In this document: positions 14,039-26,989 of the stretch, piece by piece
How the letters are laid out: each line of letters starts with the position of its first letter
Numbering within the stretch: position 1 is the stretch's first letter
Source: Octopus bimaculoides
Lineage: Eukaryota
Assembly (NCBI RefSeq): GCF_001194135.2
Contig: NC_069000.1
Location: 13,682,993 to 13,746,992 of the forward strand
Length of the DNA: 64,000 nt
Reading direction: 5' to 3'
Position numbers and translations under genes: made by a program
The notes under the pieces: generated by a model
Told to the model about the DNA's origin: nothing
Databases searched by the model: none
The model's input: only the letters and a program-made list of their open reading frames with translations

Positions 14039-15664
14039 CAACAGGCTCCTTTCAGTTTCCATCTACCGAATCCATTCACAAGATTTTGGCCAACTTGCAG
14101 CTATAGTAGAAGACACTTGCCCAAGGTGCCACGCAGTGGAACTGAACCTAAGCCCACATGGCTGGGAAGCAAGCTTCTTAACCACACAGCCATACTTGTG
14201 CCTATATCATCTACAGCTAAAAATCAAGTGTCCATAAGATTAACAGAACTAAACCCAATAGTCGTCACTTGAAAATGAATACGACTCCATACCATGTACC
14301 AGGCTTCTGCTAATTTGTTTTACGTGCCTGTGTAGTCATAAGCAGACATAGATACCTTCTCAAGTTCCTACCTTTGTCCCCAACAGAACAAGAATGTGGC
14401 AGCTGGAAGGAGAGGGGGACTGCAATCAACACTCAGCTGGTGCTCGTTTGCTTGTTTCATTTGAGTAGACTGGAGCAATGGGAAATGAAGTGGCTTGCTC
14501 AGAACATGCTGTCAGGTCCAGGAGTCAAACTCAAGAGCTTGTAATTGCTGGTCCAACACCCCTAACACTAGGTCACATGTCATCATTAAGACTAACAACT
14601 TTACAATGTCACAGTTCATAAATTTAACAACAACCACTTTGTCATAAAAATGAAAAGAGGTTATGTAGAAGCTATATTGACAGGATTTTAGCACAGCTGG
14701 ATAATTAAATATAAATGTAGATTGAAGCTGAGAAGCAGAGTTATCTGACTGTCATAAAATAGGTTCCACACTATATCATAGACTTAAGCAAGCATCTGTG
14801 TAAGAGAGAGGGAGGAGGGGGTGGTTGTGACACAAAGCACATATAGTTTTTTGATTTAACAAAAAAAAAAATCCTTCCACCTACACAAGCTGAGGAAAAT
14901 GCATGTAAAGTAAAAAAAAAAAAAATCTAACAGTATTTTAATTGGTTGAATTTTGTCTTATAATTGTAATCACAAATAAAGCATGCTGCCTGCAATTGTA
15001 CAGAATAAAAAGTGAAATTTTCCTCATTGAAATACTGATACAATCTCACTAGACTGCTTATTATATTAGTTCTGTTTCAATCCATCTGCAGCAGTTTGTT
15101 TTTGTTTTGTTTTGCCTTCATATTTTTGTTTGTTTGTCTTTTTCTTTTTCTTTTTTTCCCTTTCTAATTAATATGTATTACAAACTCACACATTGATTTC
15201 AATGCAATTTCTGCAAGCAGTGTTAGTAGAAAGTTCAGAAGGCCACAGTGAGTAAATAGAATATTCAATCGATGCCTGATACATATACTAACTTACAGGA
15301 ATTTATTTTGAAAGATTAAATCATGAAGCAGAACTGAACTTTGAGCATAAATCACAAATATGTTTTTATGTGCATCAACAAGTAACTTTTTTCTAGGATT
15401 TTAGATTATGTTCAAAAGAAGAAACAAGCATTTAAATATTTTTCTTAAAAACCCCAAATAAGCAGCCATGAAAATCTGTATTTTAAAAGCTAGAAGGAAT
15501 CATCACCATCATCATCAGTTAATGTCCATTTTCCATGCTAGCATGGGTTGGACAGTTTGACAGGAGCTGGCAAATCAGAGACCTGCACCAGACTCCAACT
15601 GTCTGTTTCAGCATGATTTCTATAGCTGGATGTTCTTCCTAATGCCAACCACTTTACAGAGTAT

Positions 15665-15870
15665 ACTGAGTGCTTTTTATGTGGTACTGGTTGTTTTTAA
15701 CATGTTATCAGCTCAGGTGCATTTTACATGGCACCAGCATGGGTAATTTTTATATGGCACCAGCATGGGCAGCTTTTACATGGCACTGGCATGGGTGCTT
15801 TTTACACAAGACTGGCACAGGTACTTTTTACGTGGGACCAGCACGGGTGCTTTTTATGTGGTACTAGCAT
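15665..15870. repeat. ~26-bp minisatellite inside a family D copy
   Basis: About 7-8 degenerate units of gggtgcttttacatggcaccagcat. Confidence 0.8.
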
Positions 15871-15914
15871 TGCTGAGTAAGAGTGAGAGGTCAGATCTGG
15901 CTGGTTTTAACATA

Positions 15915-16899
15915 AATTAATTAATTCTGTTTAGTTTTTGTACCATAGAGAACACATACTAGATTTACTTATCTCTATCAAAGCATCATCGGATCTCCAA
16001 TGTCAACAAGAATCATTCCCAGTGTAATGCTTGACTGCATAATTCAATAAATCAATACGATTCATGTCCACAATATTTATTGTTTATGATCATCGTTATA
16101 TAAGATATGTTTTCTGTAATTCAGTAATTGAGGTAATATCTATATTATTCAACAGGTAGAATATTTTGGCCAGATATGGCCAGTTTAAATGCTAAAGGTT
16201 TAAGATGGTAGAAGTGATCTGAGGGAGATTTGTTTAGCAGGCTGAATGAATATGGTTCATGGCTATTTTGATGGCTACTGTGACTACATTAGAGGCTTTC
16301 TCATGAATTTACACACAGGCTAAATTTTTCCCATAAGCATCATCTAACAGAACTTCAAGATAAGCAGTAACATCAATCATACTGCCTATTCTATAAACCC
16401 AACATTACAGCAAAATCAAATATATTTTGTATATGTTTTGAACACATGAATGCATGTATGTGAGTAGGCATTTATGTATGCATGCATGTACAAATTTCTG
16501 TATGAAAATATTTTAGAACTCAACTATGGGGAAGAACCAGAGGTTAGACTAACAAAGAATGCTTAATGCAATGAAATTCTGCAGCATTACTGGTACTAAT
16601 ATAAAAACTTGTTTTCAACCACATAAATTCCAATGTGAGAAGAGTGACAAGTTGTCCTTCATATTAATTCTGTCTAGTCTTTGTACCATACAGAACACAT
16701 ACTAGATTTACTTATCTCTATCAAAGCATCATCGGATCTCCAATGTCAACAGAAATCATTCCCAGTGTAATGCCTGACTGCACAATTCAATAAATTAATG
16801 CGATTCATGTGTACGATATTTACTGTTTATGATCATCGCTGTATAGGAAATGTTTTCTGTAATCCAGTATTTGAGGCAATACCTATATTCTTCAAGTAA
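15915..16899. repeat. Local direct duplication of ~240 bp (about 15915-16150 and 16663-16899)
   Basis: Shared run catactagatttacttatctctatcaaagcatcatcggatctccaatgtcaac, with scattered substitutions elsewhere. Confidence 0.9.
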
Positions 16900-17283
16900 T
16901 TCTCTCTTGGCACTCCGTCGCTTACGACGTCGAGGGTTCCAGTTGATCTGATCAACAGAACAGCCTGCTCGTGAAATTAATGTGCAAGTGGCTGAGCACT
17001 CCACAGACACGTGTACCCTTAACGTAGTTCTCGGGGATATTCAGCGTGACACAGTGTGACAAGGCTGACCCTTTGAATTACAGGCACAACAGAAACAGGA
17101 AGAGTGAGAGAAAGTTGTGGTGGAAGAGTACAGCAGGGTTCGCCACCATCCCCTGCCGGAGCCTTGTGGAGCTTTAGGTGTTTTCGCTCAATAAACACTC
17201 ACAATGCCCGGTCTGGGAATCGAAACCGTGATCCTATGACCGCGAGTCCGCTGCCCTAACCACTGGGCCATTGTGCCTCCACA
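16900..17283 (-). mobile_element. tRNA-headed SINE (family C), full length
   Basis: Head TGGCCCAGTGGTTAGGGC...GGTTTCGATTCCC; 9-bp TSD TTCAAGTAA (16891-16899, 17284-17292). Tail fragments occur at ~59640-59790 and ~62990-63130. Confidence 0.88.
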
Positions 17284-18136
17284 TTCAAGTAACACACTGG
17301 CCATATTTCCCATATTATGGGAAATATATATAATGCTGAGTTAACTTGATAAACTTTTTTACATAAACATATCCTTAACTGCTATTTTTTTCTTGCCCCA
17401 ACATTTTCTTGGCAAAATAGGCTTTCTCTGCTGTTAGGAACATTTTCTAGGCTGTTAACTAAACTCTGTGTGTGTGTGTGTCCCCACCTACTTAGCGTTT
17501 TTTTTTTTTTCCCCCGTAAGTGTATAAATCAACATCTCCAACAGTTTAATATCTATTCTTCACTGTGTGTCCTGAAAAACATACAAAAAAATTGTGTCTG
17601 ACAAAAAGAAAAAAAACATTCAACAGTCTGAGAATGTTTCCATCAATACTAGTAATGACTAATCTCAAAAATTTAATCAAGCTTCCTACAGTTTTCCATT
17701 GTATGACTTCACTCAAATGCTATCGCAAAATAAGAGATGCATTATTACGGAAAGAAAATGCAAAGAAACTAGAGAAACAATACAAAAGAAATCAGAAACA
17801 CTAAAATATAATAGTAAGATAAATTAGAAGGAATATTTAAATAGATGGTGAAATAAAAGCATAAGAAAAGATAAAGACTAAAATCTGCAATGAGATTAAA
17901 AGTTATATGGTGATAAAATGAGAAAATACAGTAGAGATAACAGAATTTAATTAGAAAAGGATGGAAAGATATGATATGAGGCTGCCAAACTAAATTTGAA
18001 AGTTAAAGAACTAGAGAGTGAAGCATTTGTAATGTTTACGCAACAATTAGATGGGGGAAATATAAAGCTATCATCAATATGGAAAGTAGGTAAATTAAAT
18101 AAAAGAGCACAGGAAATTTCTATTTACGAACAATAA

Positions 18137-18299
18137 GCGTAGGAGTGGTTGTGCGGTAAGAAGTGTGCTTCCCAACCACATGGTTCCGGGTTCAGTCCTA
18201 CAGTGTGGCACTTTGAGCAAGTGTGTTTTACTGTAGCCTCAGGCTGACCAAAGCCTTGTGAGTGGATTTGGTAGACGGAAACAGAAAGAAGCCCACCAT

Positions 18300-18300
<1 letters not shown>
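18137..18300 (+). mobile_element. Family A SINE head copy
   Basis: gcgtaggagtggttgtgcggtaagaag...gaaagaagccc followed by (TG)n. Confidence 0.85.
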
Positions 18301-18341
<41 letters not shown>

Positions 18342-19303
18342 ATGCGCACGCAATGGAAGTGGGATGGTGAACATTCAACGCTGAAAAGAAAAATCAAACA
18401 GTGTTTCAACTCTGTATGAATATATGTGTGTATGTGTGTGTGCATATACATCCATATTTACATATAAAATACTACAATTAGCAATCATTTTTGATGGCAC
18501 GAGACCAGCTAGTATTCAAATATTTTTCTATACAACTATATTTGTGCATGTATGTGTGTGTGTGTGTGTGTGTGTTTGTGTAAGCATATGCATTCACACA
18601 TGCATGCATGTGCATGCATTCTGCAATATACACAGGCTCAGTTGATTTCATCCCGATTTATAAAACTTAATCAATAAAACGAATTAAAATAATCTGAGAA
18701 AATAATTAAAAACCTTTGGTGATTGCAGGATATAAGTACTTTAGTACATGAACTAGAATCGTGACTTATATAAAGTGGATTTCTAACAACAATCTACTTA
18801 TCTTGTCTAACAACAGCAGGGCAGTGAGAAATAACAATGTACTAAAAATCAAATCTTGTTACTAGAGTAACAAGGAATGTGATGTTATTTAGCCCTGCTC
18901 AGCCCTGACCAAATAAATAAACCTATGATCAAATTCAGAACTTCTCAAACTTTTTATATCTATTGTCCTTTTCCATTACTATATATATATATATATAATA
19001 CAAAGAATATATATGCATGTATACGCACATATATGTACATACTTACATCTACATGTGTATATAGATGCATATCAGGGTACAGGACGTTAGAACAATGAAC
19101 TACAGACCACAGAACGAACACATAGGAAAACAGATAGCCACTTGGAATTAATCCTTCATCAGCTGCCTCTATTCTAACTAGACATTTCGAAGATATATAA
19201 GGGCATAACTATACAAGAATGCCTCACGTTAACTACCGTAATAAACACATTTTTACCAAATGTGAGGAAATGCAGCCTTCAAAGAAGCTAGCCTTTTAAA
19301 ACA

Positions 19304-19377
19304 GACTTAACTATAGATCGCCGATTTCGTGATCATTATAGCAATATATAATCTTCACTCATCAGTATAGTATAGTC
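19304..19377 (-). ncRNA. Type I hammerhead ribozyme fold
   Basis: Minus strand reads GACT-AT-ACTATA CTGATGA GTGA (22 nt) TCAC GAAA TCGGCGA TC|TATAGT-TA-AGTC. All core nucleotides are present, with an AUC cleavage triplet, a 6+4 bp stem I around a 2x2 internal loop, and a G-C closed stem II. Confidence 0.75.
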
Positions 19378-19651
19378 AAGACACATAGAAATAAACAAAA
19401 AAATATATACATATATATAAGTAAATATATATGTATGTGTATGTATATATATATATATACACACACATGTACACATATACAAACACGCACTTTTCAGTTA
19501 CCTGAAACTAAATCTCTTTATTGCATGCATGGAAATAGCCACAGATATCAACAACGTCTTTTAAATTATACTTCAGTTTATGGTTTATAATTTATATGCA
19601 TAGGTGGTATAGATTCAGTTATCTTTATTTACATAAACGTATTTCGAAGTC

Positions 19652-19685
<34 letters not shown>

Positions 19686-20214
19686 GATGTTGTCATTGCT
19701 ACTGTTATGACTGTGGCTGACAAACAGCTTGTCGTAATTTTACATTTAAATATCTTTTTTAAAGTTCATATTTAAACAGGAGACAACAATAAAAAATAAA
19801 AAAAATAAAATTATAGATTCATCTATCACCCACCACTAACCTCCTTGCCCTGAAAACCCAAATAAAATTTTCCTTTACAGTGTAATACATTGACTTTATG
19901 CAGTTGTTCCATTTTTTAAATTTATTTATTTATTCAGTTATTCAGAAGGGAGAGAGAGTAGTTTTGTTCATAAATTGCCTTCTAGATGTATTACCACACT
20001 GAAGCAGAACAAACCTAAACTATATGGTGCTCTGTACAGTTTAAAATTCTGTGAAGTAACATTGACTTTAGGTTAACACATCATGGTGCAGACAATTATT
20101 GATATTTCTTAGTATAATTTCAAAACCCAACAGCCTCAATATCTGCTTAATGCAGCAGTACTAAAAGTGCACATGCAGAAGGGAAAAAAAGAATCAGATT
20201 AATTCTTGGCTAGA

Positions 20215-20770
20215 TTTTAGGCACATGACTCAGTGGTTAGAGCATCAGGCTCACAATCATGAGGTAGTGAGTTCCATTCCCAGTCCAGGCTGTGTTGTGT
20301 TCTTGAGCAAGACACTTTATTTTACATTGCTCCAGTTAAATGGTTTGTGAAGGTGCATGGTTCAGGGGTTAGAGCATCAGGCTCACAATCATGAGGTAGT
20401 AAGTTCGATTCCCAGACCAGGTTGTGTTGTATTCTTGAGCAAAACACTTTATTTTACGTTGCTCCAGTTCACTCATCTGCAGAAATGAGTTGCGACATCA
20501 CTGGTGTCAAGCTGTATCGGCCTTTACAGCCGGTGCTGTGTAAATGCACCTATGCCGGTGCTGCATATATGCACCTGTGCCAGTGGCATGTAAAAAGCAC
20601 CCAGCACACTCTGTTAAGTGGTTGGTGCTACGAAGAGCATCATACTGTAGAAATCATGCCACAACAGACAACTGGAGTCTGGATAGCTCCCAGCTGGCCG
20701 GCTCCATGTCAAACTGTCCAACCCATGCCAACATGGGAAGCGCATGTTAAACAATGATGATGATGATGGT
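20215..20770 (+). mobile_element. Composite SINE with duplicated tRNA-like head and (GAT)n-tailed 3' module
   Basis: The head ggttagagcatcaggctcacaatcatgaggtagt...cttgagcaa occurs twice (~20225 and ~20360). The 3' end is aacccatgcc..gttaaacaatgatgatg. Confidence 0.75.
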
Positions 20771-21503
20771 GATGACACCAAGATGAACATCATTGCTGCA
20801 GTGAATTATGAGAACATCAAACATGTTTCACTTTTCTTAAGGCTTATCATTGATATACACCTGAGCACAATAATTTTGATCACTATAAATGAAGTATTTA
20901 TGTTCTGTATGTCCAAAGTTTCAGTTACATAGGAAATAAAAAATGTTCAGGAGATCTTTTCAGCTTTTGATAATGGCTAACACATCTATTTTAGAAGGTT
21001 TCTGTAAAAGGACTGCTATCACATGCTTATTGAAAGAATAACAAAAGGTAAAAAAAAAAGGGGGGTACAACTTCACTGTTGCTGATAGATAAAGTACCTT
21101 TGAATAATGAGAACCAAGGTTTAGAGATATTTGATACAAAATATGCAATGTTAGCTGCTTGCTCAAATAAGTGGAGGGTATCCCAACAAACAATATGATA
21201 ATGCCATTAACCGATAGCTTGTTTTATTCTGTTTTTTTTTTTTTTTTTAACCACACAGAAACTTCAGAACTTTATCAGTGTTAAAGATTACTTTTCTCGT
21301 GAATCATCATCGTCATCATTTTCATAGTATTGTAATGTTCATTTTTCCATGCTTGCACGAGTCAGATGGAATTCATTGCTTGTTTCCAAGTAATGTGTTT
21401 TTTTGCTCACAGCCTGACATGTTTCCACAGCAGATTGGAAACAAACAACATTATTTGTATGATGGTGATGTTCATTTACAACTATTATGTGATGTCAAGA
21501 CAA

Positions 21504-21559
<56 letters not shown>

Positions 21560-24182
21560 TGTGTGACAGGCTTCTTTCAGTTTCAGCCAACCAAATCCAC
21601 TCAGAAGGCTTTGATCTACATAGGGCTATAGTCAAAAACACTTGCTCAAGATAGCATGCAATAGGACAGAACCTGAAACCATGTGACTGGGAAGCAAAAC
21701 ATCTTAACCACATGGCCACATCTGTACCTCTCATATATCTCAATTTAAAATTTGACTTAAATTTCCCCAGTGCCTTAGTTTTAAGCTCAAATTATTGATA
21801 ACAAAAAAACCCCTTTAATTAGAAAAATAAATTACATTTGAAATGAAAACCATTTTTCTACCTTACTTCCTGCTTCTCCTCGTCATCATTTAATGTCCAT
21901 TATCCATTTTGACATGAGTTGGACCGTTTGACCAGGGCTGGTAAGCTGAGAGGCTGCACCAGATCCCAGTCTGATTTGGCAGGATCTCTATGGCTGGATG
22001 CCCTTCTTAATGCCAACTACTCCAAGAATGTAATGGGTGCTTTTATGTGCCACTGGCAGGAGTGCCAGTTGTGTGACACCAGTATCTGAATGACTACAAT
22101 TTCACTTGGCCTGATGGGTCTTCTCAAGCACAGCACACTGCCAAAGGTCTCAATCATTTGTCATTGCCACCATGAAGCCCAACACTCAAAAGATGCTTTT
22201 AACATGCTACCAGCACCGGCATTAATTAATTTCTTAGAAAAAAGAAAAAAAACTGTAGAAATATTTAAATCTCAGTCCTGGGATTTTTTTTGTTCTTTTA
22301 TTTTTTTTTTTTCATTTTGCATTTAATTTTTTTCTATGTAATTAATTCTGGCTATGACCGTTTTTTCAAGAAACTGTTACATATCTAGTGCAGACATGAT
22401 TTGGTTGGAGGCACATTAAATATAATATAAATAAGTTTTGAAACTGATATAAATTCTACAGAAGACAAGTAAACTGCAGTCATTAATAATTAACTTCCAT
22501 TATATTTATGTCTACCTCAAGCCATAGTAATATATTTCAATATAAAACTTCCTAACTAAAACTACGAAAGTAAACCACTTTAGGTAAATTACTCTTTTAT
22601 GTTTCCCACAGTAAAATAACTTGTATTAAGTACATATAAGTTCTGTTATCTCTCAAATGAATTAGATATAGCTATTAACCTTATTTTCTTCTTAAATAAA
22701 TAAAATATTTCATTATCAAGCTACATTTATTTCTCAGTGACAGACATTCATATACCAGAGTAGTTTGCAGAATCTCAAATATTAAATGATCAGCTTTTCA
22801 GACTTAAAACTGGTTTCTATTGAATGCTATTGATTATCAATTTAAGTAAAACAAACAAGATGGTTCCATCATTTTAATTATTTTGTAAGATAAGCATTTA
22901 ATATATTTCAAAATCTCTTAATATTCAATAATTTTATACTTAAAAATGGCTTCCTAAAAGGCTTTCTGAATATTTCTGATCACAAATCTCCACATTAGAT
23001 ATTCTAACCTGATTAGCAAGTCAGCACCGATGTGAATCTACCTGGCAGTAAATATGCCAAGACAGAAGTGGTTGTTGTTGTTTTGTTGTTGTTTAGCCAC
23101 AGATCAGCTCCAGCCTCAAACATGTTAGACGCAGGCATGGCTGTGTGTAAGAAGCTTACTTCCCAACTACATGGTTCCAGGTTCACTCTCACTCTGAGGC
23201 ACCTTGGGCAACTGTCTCAGGTTGATCAAAGCCTTGTGAGTGGAACCAAATTCGATGACTAGCACCTATGCCAGTGGAGCGCTAACAGCACCGTCCGAGC
23301 GTGATCATTGCCAGAGCAGCTGTCTGGCTTCCATGCCAGTGGCACATAAATAGCGCCATTTGAGCGGGATCGTTACCAGCGTTACCTTACTGGCATTTGT
23401 GCTGGTGGCACGTGAAAACACATTCGAGCGAGGTTGTGGTGTCTTGTGTCTGTATTTGTCACCCACCATGTGACAACTGGTGTTGGTTTGTTTACATCCC
23501 CATGAATTAGCAGTTTAGCAACAACAAAAAAGGGGGGGGGATTGTATAAGTACCAGACAAGAAAAAAATAAGTACTGGGGGTTCATCTGTTCGACTAAAA
23601 CCCTTCAAAGTGGGGTTACTGCATGGCTGCAGTCCAATGGCTGGGACAACTAAAATATAAAAGACAAAGATGCTTCTCTGTAGAGATTTGGCTGCTATTT
23701 CTGGCAAACTAAGTGGCCACCGCATAGATACTACCTCATTAGGAAGAATGGCAATGTACATCAGTGAAATAAGCCAAATAATATTGGCTTCGCAAAGAAC
23801 TCTATATTCTAACTTTCATCTTTCTTTCTGAAACATGAATGACAATTATTTCATCTCTAGTTATAATTTCAGTTTGAGTAGCCAAATAAATATAACTAAA
23901 AGCCAATGAAATACTAATACTTATTTTATCAATCCCAAAATAATCTAAAGATGGACATAAGCCAGGTTTGAACAACAGAGTGTTGCTGAGGTATAGAGTA
24001 CAAGACAGAGATTCTAACTTCCATCCATCTGTGCCAATACAGTACGATGACAAGGACCTTCATTATTATCTCAGTACAGTAGGGTGTTTAGAGCATCGGG
24101 CTCACAATCATGAGGTAGTGAGTTCAATTCCTAGACTGGGCTGTGTGTTGTGTTCCTGAGCAAAAATTTTATTTTATATAGT

Positions 24183-24364
24183 TCTATATTTAAGAGATGA
24201 GGAATTATGTACATTATTTACATTATTTATATTTGACGGATATTTATCCTCATTTTGTTAGTTGTTAACACAACGTTTCGGCTGATATACCCTCCGGCCT
24301 TCATCAGGTGTCTTGGGGAGATTTTGAACCTGGGTTCTCATTCCTAAAGTATTTTTTGATGTTG

Positions 24365-24410
<46 letters not shown>
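24183..24410 (-). mobile_element. Short repeat carrying the minimal hammerhead; probable Penelope-like terminal-repeat derivative
   Basis: Contains the cgtttcggc...cttcatcagg motif typical of PLE terminal repeats and abuts an (ATT)n run. Confidence 0.5.
24267..24312 (-). ncRNA. Minimal (Penelope-type) type I hammerhead motif
   Basis: GACAC CTGATGA A GGC (14 nt) GCC GAA ACGT T|GTGTT. Palindromic ACGT stem III, an extra A after the CUGAUGA box, and a 5-bp stem I. Confidence 0.6.
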
Positions 24411-24561
24411 ATCAAAATTAAAAGAAGAGTGCCATTGTTATCTAGTGAGCAATATTTCGACATCTTGTGTGTCTTCAACTGGTTCAAAAAATAAATTTGT
24501 CAATCTACTTCATTTTGGTTAATATAGAAAGGATTGAGGTAACTCCTCCTGAAGAAATAGA

Positions 24562-24597
<36 letters not shown>

Positions 24598-25519
24598 GGT
24601 CACTGCCTGGAATCGAACTCTGTTATATTGCTCCAGTTCGCTCATCTGTAGAAATGAGTTATAACGCCACTGGTGCCAAGCTGTATCAGCCTTTGCCTTT
24701 CTCTTGCATAACATTGGTGGATTAGAGAGAGGAGGCTGGTATGCATGGGCGACTGCTGGTCATCCATAAACAAATATGCCCGGACTTGTACCTCAGAGTG
24801 GAAGTTTCTAGGTGCAATCCTATGGTCATTCATGACCAAAAGGGGTCTTTACCCTTTTTGCAGTAGGGTGGTAAGCTAGCAGAATCATAGGCACACCAGG
24901 CAAAATGCTTAGTGGCATTTCATCTATCCTTACTTTCTGAGTTCAAATGACGCTGGGATTGACTTAGCGTTTCATCCTCTTCTGGGTCGATAAAATAAGT
25001 ACCAGTTGAACACTGGGGTTGATGTAATCGACTTATCCCCTCCCATGAATTTGCTGGCCTTGTACACAAATTTGAAAGTACTATTTTAGTACAGCGAAAA
25101 AGCAGACATGGCTCTGAGGTCAAGAAGTTTGGTTGCCAACCACGTGTTTGTAGGTTCAGTCCCACTGTGCATTACCTTGGGTATCTTCTAGTATACCCCT
25201 GGGTTGATCAAAACCTCATGAGTGGATTTAGTAGTCAGGAACTGAAAGAAGGTTGTCTCTCTTACACACACATACATACGTGTGTGTGTGTGTATGTGTT
25301 TATTGGCAATCACTTGTACAAAAGTGCAACATACGGTGTTGTCAGGTTTCTCTTTTGAACAAAACATCTGGGCATTTGAAGTCATATTGGATGAGTGATT
25401 CCTTACTTGAAAAAATTTGGGGTGGGCATCTGACTACAAAGCAATGTCCCAAATAATGCAGTTGTCTAATCCATGCAAGCATGGAAAAAAAATTGCATGT
25501 AGAGTACTCTTATTCTTGG

Positions 25520-25990
25520 GTGACACTTGAAATATTTCAACATAATATAGAAATCTAAACTCTGAGAGAATCTACCAAAGAATTTCTTCTATGCAGGAAT
25601 TGAATCAGTATTACTTTATGGCTCTTCCATCTGGACACAAACCAAAAGACTTGAAATAATACTGGATGGTACCTACATATGCATGCTTCATGCCATTTTG
25701 AATGAGGCATGGAAAGAACACCTCAACAAAGAAAGGTTCTATTATAAGCTACCTAAAGTATAACACCTAAGAGAAAGAAGAGTTTATTTTGCTGAATACT
25801 GCTGGAGAAGTAAAGAGAGGTTGGTTAGCGACATCCTACTTTCGACATATTGACACAGTTGTATTGTTAGCCCATATGTTGACCACTTAACAGATAACAC
25901 TAAATGAAAGGAACGACCATATGGCATGGAAGATAAAGATGATGGAGGAGGTGATTAGAGTTATGTGAAACCAACAAACTGAACCTGATG
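25520..25990 (+). mobile_element. RTE-X-like LINE 3' fragment
   Basis: NFFYAGIESVLLYGSSIWTQTKRLEIILDGTYICMLHAILNEAWKEHLNKERFYYKLPK..RERRVYFAEYCWRSKERLVSDILL. Confidence 0.8.
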
Positions 25991-26276
25991 GTCTCAAAGA
26001 TTTTTATTATTATGTTTGTGTCTGTGTTTGTCCCCCCTACATCGCTTGACAACCGATGCTGGTGTGTTTACGTCCCCGTAACTTAGCGGTTCGGCAATAG
26101 AGACCGATAGAATAAGTACTAGGCTTACAAAGAATAAGTCCCGGGGTCGATTTGCTCAACTAAAGGCGGTGCTCCAACATGGCGACAGTCAAATGACTGA
26201 AACAAGTAAAGGAGTAGTTCTCAGGGAGATTCAGCATGACACAGAATGTGACAAAGTTAGCCCTTTCAATTACAGG

Positions 26277-26962
26277 NNNNNNNNNNNNNNNNNNNNNNNN
26301 NNNNNNNNNNNNNNNNNNNNNNNNNNNNNNNNNNNNNNNNNNNNNNNNNNNNNNNNNNNNNNNNNNNNNNNNNNNNNNNNNNNNNNNNNNNNNNNNNNNN
26401 NNNNNNNNNNNNNNNNNNNNNNNNNNNNNNNNNNNNNNNNNNNNNNNNNNNNNNNNNNNNNNNNNNNNNNNNNNNNNNNNNNNNNNNNNNNNNNNNNNNN
26501 NNNNNNNNNNNNNNNNNNNNNNNNNNNNNNNNNNNNNNNNNNNNNNNNNNNNNNNNNNNNNNNNNNNNNNNNNNNNNNNNNNNNNNNNNNNNNNNNNNNN
26601 NNNNNNNNNNNNNNNNNNNNNNNNNNNNNNNNNNNNNNNNNNNNNNNNNNNNNNNNNNNNNNNNNNNNNNNNNNNNNNNNNNNNNNNNNNNNNNNNNNNN
26701 NNNNNNNNNNNNNNNNNNNNNNNNNNNNNNNNNNNNNNNNNNNNNNNNNNNNNNNNNNNNNNNNNNNNNNNNNNNNNNNNNNNNNNNNNNNNNNNNNNNN
26801 NNNNNNNNNNNNNNNNNNNNNNNNNNNNNNNNNNNNNNNNNNNNNNNNNNNNNNNNNNNNNNNNNNNNNNNNNNNNNNNNNNNNNNNNNNNNNNNNNNNN
26901 NNNNNNNNNNNNNNNNNNNNNNNNNNNNNNNNNNNNNNNNNNNNNNNNNNNNNNNNNNNNNN
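26277..26962. other. Assembly gap
   Basis: N run. Other gaps: 11894-11903, 29299-29308, 31145-31382, 39854-40466, 50325-50423. Confidence 0.99.
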
Positions 26963-26989
26963 ATATATATATATATATACATATATACA

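Noticed and set aside
17200-17283. tRNA-like sequences (also ~20225, 20360, 24085, 27205, 57520)
   Set aside because: A and B boxes are present but there is no acceptor-stem pairing and they continue into SINE bodies; not tRNA genes.
18816-18898. Nested short helices (7, 8 and 8 bp)
   Set aside because: Large asymmetric bulges; plausible by chance in 64 kb of AT-rich DNA.
24450-24482. TTGAAGA...CGAAA hammerhead-like remnant
   Set aside because: C3 is lost and there is no stem I or NUH pairing; at best a dead remnant.
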